Made by a program: the position numbers and the translations under genes. The notes under the pieces are model-generated. The model was given only the letters and a program-made list of their open reading frames with translations. It made no database searches and had not been told where the DNA came from. Of a stretch of 64,000 bases of DNA, positions 38,809 through 50,224 are shown in pieces. The DNA is from Marsupella aquatica (Eukaryota; Plantae; Marchantiophyta): NCBI GenBank assembly GCA_973895155.1, contig OZ316893.1:5222171-5286170 (forward strand), written 5' to 3'. Every line of letters begins with the position of its first letter. Positions within the stretch are counted from its first letter, which is position 1.

Positions 38809-41800
38809 CGCTCACAAGCAGAATAATTAATTGATTTTTCTAGATTTTACAATATATGTGCAAATTCAATTGGCACTATGGTAGTACATGACATTAAGAC
38901 CATATACTGAGTAGTATTGTACTTTTTCTCCATAGGCTGCAATGTTCAAGAGAGATCTCTTGCCTGACCCTTAACTCACATTACTGTATAGGAGTCTACT
39001 TCTCTTGTAAGTAAAGTATTAAAGCGCAAGTAAAGCATTAAAGCATTCCGTTCCAAAAACCAAAAAGATGGATCACTAAGTAGCCGCCAGATTAAGTTCC
39101 TGGCAAGACACTCTTTTCAACATTGAAGGGCTTAAAAATCACTTGACTCAACATAATTTGATGGGCCAACAAAAATCTCTATTTTCCTAAATCAAGATTT
39201 GTTGAGGATGGAAGGATGAATGCATTCCTTCAACTAAAGAAAGTTCTGTTCAATAAGCCCAAATGCCCTGGGTTGCACAACTAGCAAGGACCCAGGCAAA
39301 GATATCAAGGGCAAAGCATGGAGGGTGACGCTCGATGGCCAAGCGGAGGCATGGATATATGGCATGCGGGAAGATAGTTTTCACTGATCAACCAGTTTTG
39401 GAAATAAAAATTTGAGCAAATGACCATGATTTCTTGCCCAGCTGACATATTATATAGGGTTGCCCCAGATGGGCAGGATTCGGGGCAGGATTAGATATTA
39501 TAGTGCTTGATATTACTGTATAGTATGATATATTTTTGTCATTGTGCACGATTAGGGAAGTGCAATTATGGAAATCACAAACCAGTCACCCACAATCTCA
39601 TGGGTTTCTCTGATTGATCGCATTTGGGAGCAATTATCATCCTACCACAAGACTGCTTGCCTGATATTGCGTATATACTTGGTGGCAACACATTGTTTTG
39701 AGGAACAGGTGTGTCTCTTTGCAAGGGACACTACATTATGAATACTGACATCAACTGGCATGATTGGGTGTCATTTAGATCTCAGTTTATACTTTTCTAG
39801 CATTTTAGTAATCCGTAGCAGATATTTGGCTTCCTCTGCGTGCTGGACTTCAACCAAGGGCAAAAATGCAGGGTACATTTGTCCAATAAAGGTCTGGAAT
39901 TGAAAAGTGGGCAATTGATACAATCCTGGGGTATCTTCAATTCAGGTGGGCACATCAGATTAATTAAAAACCGCCATACTGTTACAATTTCTGGCACCAT
40001 CAGGTACAAGTAGTTGATAGTCTTATGAAGTAAGTAAGCTAGGCTTTATTGCTATTTAGTCAGACCTCTCAAAACTGACCGGGTTGAGCAAGGAGAACGT
40101 ATTGAGAGTTCACAGCAATCATGAAAACCAAGCATACTATGCAACTCCTGATGTCTTAATTTCCTTTTCAGTAGGGTCCTGCCCAGTACACTCCAAATTG
40201 TAATAGGCCAATGAACTCAAACGTATGGTGTAGTCATCTTGCAAACTTGCAAACTAATTAACTGATCTTTGATTCCAGTTGAAGGGGATTGAACCTGTCT
40301 TGGGATGGACATTGGTTTGAAATATATTAAGCCGGTGAATTAAATGAGTGCAATGATTTTCAGTGTGTTTGACTTACCATTACTCTTCACCATTTTAACT
40401 TTAATTCCTCTCTTGGGGTGCCATTGTGTTCTTGTTTGGTGCTTTGTAGTTGAGGAAACCGTTTTGTAAGGCATGCAGGTGGAAAAAATATGCATGCACT
40501 TAACAACTTACTAGCTAGACTTCCAATCAAGTGTTCTCAAGGTTCTCTAAATGACTTCAAATAGTTATCAGGAAATAGAGATATGTTTGAAGTAAACCGT
40601 GGTCAAAATGACTAGCAAAGATGTGACGTTGCTATGCAAATTGAAACCATACATCAGACCCATTGTCATGTAGTCTCAGATGGTGCTAGTGTCAAATATG
40701 TAGAATTACGCTCACAGAACTGTGAGTTGCATTCCATGAGGCAGTATAATTCTACTTTGCATATTAATTGTCATGATAGTTTTACATATGTAATGATGGT
40801 TTGACATATGTAACTGGTTGGAGCTTGTTAGTGGGTGGGTATTGACAATTGATGAGCAACTAACCTAGAGTGGATAAAGCATCCAGTGAAGAAATACGGG
40901 GAAAATTCAAGGAGTGATTAGAAACTGTAGTCATCATCTTACTAGGGAGGAGAATTACAGCTTCACGCATACACTATGGATCCAAAACCTTTGGAGCAAC
41001 CAGACTTAAGCACAGACCCGAGGATGAGGGTTAGACTGATGGAAAGAGGCCTTCATTTGCAATACACTCCCACAGATCATGCACCACCCCAACCTCCAAT
41101 CAAGGTGTTGGCATTGCAGCCAGGACAGCATGCATGGTTGTGCGATCTCATTCATTACATTCCATCAGAAATCCAACGAGACACTCCAGTAGAGAGAATG
41201 CTACAAGCTAACAACTTTGCCCGCTCTGACTTTGACAAAGTTTGGTTTTGCATTTGTTGTAGCCGTGGTCTCTACAAGACAGAGGACCCAAGGTAATGGC
41301 TAGGTAACTCAAATTAGAGAATCTATTTTGGTCCTGATTGTTTGGAGGCAAGAGTTGCTTATAAACTATCTATTCAAAGTCAAACACATATTAGGAATAT
41401 TATTGTTTCCAGACAGATTTGAATTATGATTTTAATCATGTGTATGCTTGTTATTGAGACTCATGCAAGGCCCAATTCAAGGTCAAACTTTGTATTTTCT
41501 GGTGAGAAGCCAGAAGCATCCTGAAGTCATATGGGTTGTTCTATGAAAGGACTCAAATTTTGTCCATTGACAATTTTGTTTTCAGGAGACAATCAAGATT
41601 AATTGAGTGTTTGTTTTGGGATACCACATGAAATCATAGACTAATTCAAATACCCCTAGTTAATTAAAAAAACCTAGAACACTTTAATTCTATTTTCATT
41701 TTGACGGTCTATTTTGGTTTTTCAAAATGTACGTGTTAGGGGATATTTCCAATATATGAGAAAAATTTACTTTTTTACCTCCACTTTCATAAATCTAACT

Positions 41801-44800
41801 AATGTTACTCAGATATATTTATTGTTTTTTTCACGTGCTGGTGCACATGATTCCTATGGATTTCCGTAGTCAACCCGAGGATTAAAAAATGTACTTAGTA
41901 AAGTAACAAAATTCATAAGCACATATATCTTTTCAACTCTAGGAAGCATCAGGCATTGGATCCGCCCCATACAAGGGAGTCCCTCATTGAAGTTGTCAAT
42001 TCTGGTGGAGGCTACCACATACATTCTAGGGTAAGGAATCATAAGGATTATTTGTAATGCTTGCAATTCTCAATTCACTTCTCCAACTGGTCTGGAAAAT
42101 ATGTTAATATACATGATATTAATGTGAATGTCATGAACATCTAAAGTAGCTCAGTTTTGTTATTTCAAAGTGATTTGTTTCTCGTCCAGAATCAATGAGC
42201 AGTACATTCGATCAAGTACAAGCGCTTCCTGTGGTTTAAAAAATTAAGAATGAAGCACAATGAATGCGCAACATCAATATAAGTAGCCTGCTTACACCTT
42301 CCTTGAACGTAAATAAGGATGAGGAGAGGAGACCAAAAAAACTTACACAACAAAGGATTCCCCCTATTCCTGTTCAACTATGTCCCCACCCCTGCTTTTT
42401 GTCAGCGCCCTCATTTCAGTTATGCCTTCACTTCAAGTTAAAGTCTAGAGGCTTTATTCTAGACAGTAGGCTTTACCCTAGACAGTAGGGCTGGCCCAGG
42501 AAGTAGCTTTGATGGCACTTCATTGGTCAGATTACTAACTAAGTGCAAGAACTCCTTGAAGTATGCTTCGCCACATTAGTTGTAGTCATCCCTTGTACTT
42601 ACTGCCAGTATGGGAGTTCTTACAAGACACTTGGACTTTCAGACCTTGACAAACCTGCAAGTCCCTGTTGGAGATATTTTGTCTCATGTAATCTCACATC
42701 CCTACACCGATGGCAATGTGCCATATCGGTGTGTATATGTGCATCCAAATAGAGGGAAGATGAATGTTGTTGCCAATTGCAACCAAGTGTTCAATTGTGT
42801 GGCAACTGGTTGTGACTCGGTCCTCTCATGGACTGCTCGTGACGCACATCATAGACAATATGCACACATGCCTCAATTTTGTTCCATCAGCTGCAAGCTC
42901 AGGACATTTGCAGCGTGCCCTAGTGGAAAGGATGAAATGTTTGATAGGCCTGCATTTTCATACGACTCCAACCCAGGACCAGAGTTTTTCCCCACTACAA
43001 CAATAAACCGTTTGGGAACAACATCAACACATGGCCCAGATTTCCAGGACCGGAAAAATAACTGGAGAACCTCTTGATCTTGGCAAAAATCAGGAAGTCA
43101 ACACAATTGGACAAAGTAATTTGATAGTCTTAATTAAGAGGGTAGACACATAAGTCATAGAGTTGAGTGAAGGATAATTTCTGCAGGAGTCTGTAGTGTT
43201 TAATCCTTAGACTCCCATCACCAAGGGCTACAAGCTGGTAAGATTGAAGGGCATATTAAGCTAGGGAGGAGTGGGGGAATTTGAGGCACAGGCAAGGCAG
43301 ATTGTCCAGCATGTCGAGCTAATTAAGGGGATTTTGGTAAATATTTTGTGGGAGCATAGGTTGTATCAGGACTGAGAATGGGAGATTGAAGGGGCCTACA
43401 GAACGCCTGGGAGTCTTTGGACTAGAGGTAATGGTGTGAGTGTGTTTGGGAGGGAGGGGCGAAGAAGGGGCTTGCCTACTGGGTTTTGGGGGCATGCAGT
43501 GACTTTGGAAGAGGGAGGTGGCAGAGTAGGAAATGATGAATAAGCAAATGGGGAACCAAGAGGATTCAACTCATTTGGTGACCAAACCAAGGTTAATTAA
43601 AGAGCAGGTCTGCCTGGCTCCTTTCAATCAAAGTGAATGAGTTTAGGTGAATTTATATGGGAAGTGAACCTCCTGTCCTTTCCCATGAAACATTCCAATT
43701 AAATTATCCATCAAGAGAAACAGAATAGAAATTCCTGTCTTTCACACCAGGCAATTTGATGGTTTTGCATCTTGATTTGGGCAAGGCTCCCTTGAAAGGC
43801 TACATGCTGACTTCATTTTGGGTCATGCAAGTTGGACTCGAGTAAATCAGGTTATAATCAATCAGCACGGCTGGGCATTTCGCTAGACTGCCCATCTTAT
43901 GGCTTCTTCCAATCGGAATCACAACCTTAATTTGTGGTGTCGGGTACATTTGTCTGGAATTCCATCGACTGGAATGAAGCTTGGCAAAAGTCTGATCGTT
44001 GCAACTCCAAAGAAATTAGCAATAGACTCAATGCGAGGACCTCGACAGCACAGCGTTGTCCTTCAATTGAAACGGTGTCGAAGTAGAGAAGCAAATGTCG
44101 TAGAATGGGATCGTTTCCGCCTAATTGTCACATAAGCAAAGAGAGAAGTGACTAACGGTAGCTTCTTTCTGTCCTGAATAATTGTTTGGAACACTTTGGT
44201 ATCACACAACCAAGGGGTATCGAACCCGTAATTATTTGTTCTCACACAAATCCTCCAAGGCCGAAATCTTTCACTCCTTCACTCCTTCAGTCCTATTCAT
44301 GGCCAAGATCCGATCGGACGACCGGGTTGTAAAGACACGCTCTTAAAGCTAGTGAGTTTCGATGACAGAAAGTGAGCTCTGCGATCAAACTCATAAGGGC
44401 GTCCGGCAGTCACTTAATCAAGCTCAATGCACGAACGGAGAACCAAAAAGTGGCCAGTGGAGCAATGCCACATATTTTATCTAATGCAAATCGAAGTAAC
44501 GGGCAGAGGCTTGTAATTTCCCACTAGTGTGCCGGCTATTGAGTAAATTGGTTTCATAAAAAACTATCGATTGATATTCTGACCATCAAAGGACAACCTT
44601 CAAATTTCGGTGAAGAGGGGTTTCTAGCCTTTTACAACCAGAGAGCTCCAGCTTATTAAAGCTATGAGATCAGCGCCCCAATGCATTCTTGATCGCGAAT
44701 CACCACGTGCTCAAGGAAATACTCGAAACGAACTGAAAAGTCAGTGTGACCTATCGAACATGCCTCGACCGAGCCAGAAAACGGACATACCATTCGTTGA

Positions 44801-47423
44801 AATCTCCGGATTTTCCCTAGTATGAATGAAGCTGAAAGACTTTCGCGTCAGAAAAGATGGAATGGAGTGCCTGCTCTCGAGTTATGCCGTCTCGCCTTCA
44901 GAAGATAAGCAGACTGAGTACACGATTACTGCAAAACCCAATGCTCAGCAGATTTGCCCCACACTCAACAATCAGATACCTTCAGCATCATCCGGCCTCC
45001 TCCTCTCTTCTTCCTTCCTTCGTTACCTTTGCCGTGGTACTTCGCATATTGGATCGTTTTTGGGACCCCCAACACACTAAAGGTCCGCAAACGGGGAGAC
45101 AACAGAGAAAGAAACAGCGAAATCGTTGGCAAGAATGGAACGCCAACAAAAGACACGAAAACTGGTGCGGAATTCGGGCACTTTCTAAACGTGAGAGAAA
45201 GAGATTTGCAATCAGAAATCAACAGCAGATAGATACGGAAAAACTGGTGCGGAACTCTGGCACATCCAGAGAGAGAGAGAGGGAACTCGGCCGAGAGAAA
45301 TCAGACCCGAATGCAGGAAAACTGAAGACGACGCGCGAATAGAGTCTCAACAGCCCAACTCAGTAGTGACCTCCACTTACACATCGACACTGTACTGAAG
45401 AAGAATAACCACTTCGAAAGAATTTTCTGGATCACCAGCAGCACCTTCCACAATCAGACCCACACCCACACAGCAGCACCTTCCACACGCACCCCCGTTT
45501 CTTGACTGTCAATAACGGTGTAGGGTAACCATCCCCAAGAGCCCAAGAGGGGGTAATGGTATGTAATCCCAGAGGACGCTTCCCAGATCGAAAACACCTT
45601 CCGCATATTGTATCTAACTGACCGAAACTGAAACCGTAACATATCACATTCACAGGCGGAGCTTCTTAAAGCAAACTTAGCAAGAATACGAAATCACAAA
45701 TCAAAAGCCCATGCCGGATATCAGTTCGTGATCAAGGAATAGCACACACATGTAATCACCATCGCGAATGCAACTTTTTCAGTGAACAAACTACACATAT
45801 ATGTGCTTGATAACAATAGAGCGAATCAAAGTACACGAATCACCAGATCAACCCCTGCAACGACAGAGTCCTCATGAGGGGGCGAAGACATTGCAGCAAC
45901 AAGCAAACTATCAATCAACAGATTGAGCCCACTGTAATATTGTGCCCACTTAAAGCTATCCTTTTCCGTAAAGTACTCTCAACTTTCTCCTCAGCATTCT
46001 ACAAGCACATGATACACCTTCCCTTCAACAAATCGACACCGTTCAACTTACACATCGAATCAATCCAGGCCGCCCAAATCGGGTGTAGCCTCCCCAGATA
46101 CATATCAAACAAATCTGTTTCATATCACAGCTGGTAGCTCTCACTCTCAAAAGTGACAAGATTAAACTTTTCAACCAGATTTAAAACGGGATCGTTCGTT
46201 AAGTGTCCTTTATTATCTTTGACGTTACATTTTTAAATAGCAACAATAATATATATTTTTTGAAGATGAATATGACAGCTTTTGTTTTAATAGACTAACT
46301 TTCATCAAAGTGGGTACAAAGGTTTACTCAAAATTTGGGCTGGCTCTACCTAAGTATGCAAAGGGAAATGATGAGGTTTGACCAAATTAGCTACTTCCCT
46401 CAATCCAAGATTACTATGCGTATCACACTGTTAAGAGAAATAAAGTGTGTCAAGCCATAAGATGACACAAAGACCCCTTAAATGTTTTTTTTTTAAATGA
46501 CACAAAGACAAAAGACCCAATACAGGGAACAAAACAAAACAAAACCAAGATGACCAAAGAGCCATAAAATGCCAGAATGTACCCTACAAGAAACCTCCAC
46601 AATGGCAAACTAAATTGTTACTAAAATGTAAACTTGGAAAACCTACAGTAGTAAAGCTCTGGGGTAAATGGCACATTTTGGTGACTAAGAAGGCTTTGTC
46701 TAGAGTCTCTGTCTGAAACAAATAGCCTTAACCCCCACAAAGAACTATAGTAAAATCCTGTGCACTCCCTAGTACAAGAGACACCAATTATGTAAGAAGG
46801 CCATGAGGCACAGAAGACCACATGCTCATGAGAAACAATCAGCTATACTCATAATAGATTAAACTTATCGGACACAGTTTTCCCTTGGACACTCATTCTC
46901 ATTAGTGACTCCGCCACCTGACGCCCCATACTGGAAACAACACTGAATTAAGCAAAGCTACCCAGATCGAGGAGGCTTTCACTCAAGGTGATTTATACCA
47001 CGTACGACTGTATCTAGAATTGATTTCTAGGACAAAACATATAAATTTACTCAATCATGCCTGCGGCGAAACAAACAAAACAAGGCTTTCCAAAGCAGGA
47101 AGAAATAAAAAGAAAGCGAGGTGATGATGATCTTACGCGGATTCATGGTCATTTTTTAAAAAGCTTTGGACATCCTTTGGTCTCTTCCATGCATCGTATG
47201 ATGAATCGTGGCGTGCACGATGATCTGTAGCCCACCCCATCTATCCATCCATCCATCTACAGATACATCCATTCATTTCTTTTGTATAAATGTCGTAAAT
47301 GATAACAATATATTAGTCCCTACAGCGAGGTGGAAAGGTGACTATTGTTGGTCATTTTGATATTTATAACTGTTTCATAACAGTTGTCTCACATGTGTCA
47401 AGCACGTGTGGGCAAGACAAATG

Positions 47424-47426
<3 letters not shown>

Positions 47427-47458
<32 letters not shown>
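47427..47458. repeat. (AT)n microsatellite
   Basis: Read directly. Confidence 0.9.
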
Positions 47459-47461
<3 letters not shown>

Positions 47462-48835
47462 AAAAACCAAAAGGTAGCCATCTGGGAGAAACCATCCCTC
47501 AAGTAAAGGACTCGATTTAAACAAGGGGGACACCCCATCCAGTGGCAAAGTGAAGCGCCTGATAGAGCTCCAAGGTGAATTGCATAGGAGGGTCACGCAA
47601 GGTTTAGGGCCTCTAGTCATGAAATTTGACTAGAGGCCCTTAACCAAACCATGTGAAGGTGTTTGTCTAGAGGCCGTAAATCAGACATGGGTTCTCCATT
47701 ACAATTATCCAAGCATGAATCACAAGCTCAGATTAGTTGAGCACAGGTCCAATGCTGAAATAAGCCAAGCATATGCCCAATATTAAAATTATCCAAGCAT
47801 AAATTTACAGGATGTATGGATGCTGAGTTACTTTAAATTGCAGCTACCCCTTCAAGAGCTATCATGGGTAAGCCGTAGGATCCAAATTTCACTATAAGTA
47901 ACAGTAGTAAAGTTTTCCCAAAATTGTGAAACAGACTGGAACCTCAGTGGAAAGAAGTAAATGGAATGCGGAAAAAATGAGAAACCTAAGACACTTCCCC
48001 TTTTATATATGGGTAGTTGTGGTTTATCTAGATGTGAGATTAGTTTGAATGTTTTGATTACATGGATCAATGTGGGCTTTCTTTATTATATGCATTTCAT
48101 TGTTTCAAATTATCATGTCTAGGTTTTGATTTTGTTAAATTTTGATATAATTAAAGAATTGTAACAATAACCATGGCACCTCTACTTCGCAGGTCACCTA
48201 GTATTGATCTCTATGGAAAGTGTGGACCGACTGATGCAAGGAGGGAACTAATTATTATTTCTCTAGAACCCTCACTATTGTAGCTTAGAAAGAATGAGTT
48301 CTTATTGCAAATTTGTGATTGTCGTCAAGAAGTAGTCATGAAATGTTTATGACCAGGGAATTATTTGTGAGCAACATCCTTGCATTTCAGTAAGTCTTAT
48401 GCTCAGTCTGCTGATTTTCTATCCAATGATGTGCCTCGGGATGAATTGAATAATAAACAGTGGAAAGTCTCAGCAAAGCCCTACAATTTGTGTCCCGGCT
48501 TCATAGACCCACTAGTTCTAGTACTTCTGGGATTTGGGGCGACTGGGGCATGCTCCCAATCCACAGATTTAGTTACTGGACTCATGACATGTCTACATGT
48601 CTCATGAGATTTATGTGCTGACCTCGACCCCTCCTAGACCCAAAGCCTTTAGTTAGTGACCCTGGGATTAGTTTGGATTGCATCTCACACTGCAAGGGTT
48701 TAGTTGGGGTGTGTTCTGGTCCCTGGGGTTTGTGTTTCTGGGGGGCCCCTCTGGTCTTCGCTTCAGAAGCATTTGGAGTACACCATCGCGTTGTGACTGA
48801 AAAAAGGCATTGAAAAATTCATTAAAAAAGTAAAT

Positions 48836-48858
48836 CCATCCATCCATCCATCCATCCA
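48836..48858. repeat. (CCAT)n microsatellite
   Basis: Read directly; a related run lies at ~47237-47257. Confidence 0.85.
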
Positions 48859-49140
48859 TGGTCTACGCCATCCATGCACTGCCATCTACCAACTCGACAT
48901 TGTGGACATTCTTCATTTACAACATTTATGACGTTCACCCACCTTGGGGGGGAATGGGGGCCTTTTTTTCGCCCTTGAAAATCCCACTTAATGGACAATA
49001 GTACAGAGCGAGAGGAGGGTGAACTTTCTAGTTTCTGTCCCATGCAAAGCTGTTTGTGTGATGAAGGGGTGACGTTTTGACATCCGTCTATGCAATCACC
49101 TTTTGCTCAGTGGGTAAGGGGAACTCTCACCCCAAGAATG

Positions 49141-49210
49141 AGGGGAGATTGAACCCTGGGACTTCTCAGTTCCAGGCTCATCTCCTGGCCAACTGAAACC
49201 ATTCACAGCT
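49141..49210 (-). mobile_element. tRNA-derived SINE head or tRNA pseudogene
   Basis: Minus strand TGGTTTCAGTTGG (A-box-like) and GGTTCAATCTC (B-box-like) ~33 nt apart. No clean cloverleaf. Confidence 0.4.
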
Positions 49211-49247
49211 CGTTCGTTCCATCGGTCAAGTGTCCATCCAGAAGCGT

Positions 49248-49820
49248 CACTAGTGCTCGCACTGTGACGCGAGCTCTCTCCTTCAGTCTCTCACTCACTC
49301 AGCCTTTTGGAGCACTCGACGTTTGATTCGATCGTTGCTTCAGGAGGTCGAAGCCTTTTGTTGAAGCTCCGCGCCGCAATCTGAGCTGTTTGAATTCACA
49401 CTCCGTCTCGTTCTTCAAGTTGCTCGCAGCCAGGTCGAAGCAATCTCTGAAGCTCGCGCAGCGAAATCTTAGCTCGATCGATCTACGATCATTCTGTCTG
49501 TCTCGGTTTCGTTCGCTGCAAACTGAGGTAGGCTTGAGCATTTGGGCGAAACTGAGCACAGAAATCTTAGCTGCATTACGAACACTGTGTCTGTCTGTGC
49601 ACGGACGGGCATTTCGAGCATGCATTCAGTGATCTTTGAATTCAGTGTCTTTGAATTTGACGTACTAAATTTTTGCAATGATGACTCCTGCAGTTCACTT
49701 GACTGTCTCTGCGGCAGTCGGGAATCCCGGTTTTCATGGTCTACAAGCAACTGACAAAAATTGAGAATCCCGCCCCGGTTTCTCCCTGCGAACACGGGCA
49801 CTGCGGGCGGACGGACAACA
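49248..49820 (+). promoter_or_regulatory. Promoter/5'-leader module, copy B (upstream of LRR-RLK), homologous to 17590-18206
   Basis: Same collinear blocks as copy A. Putative leader intron 49528-49693 (GAG|GTAGGC ... CTGCAG|TTCAC). Confidence 0.7.
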
Positions 49821-50224
49821 CTTTGGTCGGGAATGTTACCACCCATTGTAGGTAGCAAATTCAATATGAGGTTGCGATTATTTCGGAATCCATGAAGGGG
49901 CTCGATTTCTTCTGGAGGTCCGGTGATCTACATCGACTCACGTTACGAGGTGCAGTGTTGATGGAGGAGGATTTCAATGTTAATTAAAAGTGAGGTTTTG
50001 AAGGGAGACCTTGTGATCACCTTCTTGTGATCATCTCGGGGGGAGGGGGGGGGGGGGGGGGGTGGCATGCAAAGCGTATCAGGCGAGTTCGTGCAAAGGA
50101 GACGTCACAATATGGGATTTTCCTGTTTCATCTTTTAGGTACGCTATCATCTCAGCGGGCATGATCCAGTGCAACGCGGTCAAGCAGTGGGCAAGGTAGC
50201 CTGAAGAATCACAGCTCTCCTCTC

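Noticed and set aside
43611-43630. TGCCTGGCTCC resembling the miR160 5' end
   Set aside because: Only 11 nt match and no fold-back partner.
48230-48830. Possible LINE 3' fragment ending in an A-rich tail
   Set aside because: No TSD or coding motif confirmed.
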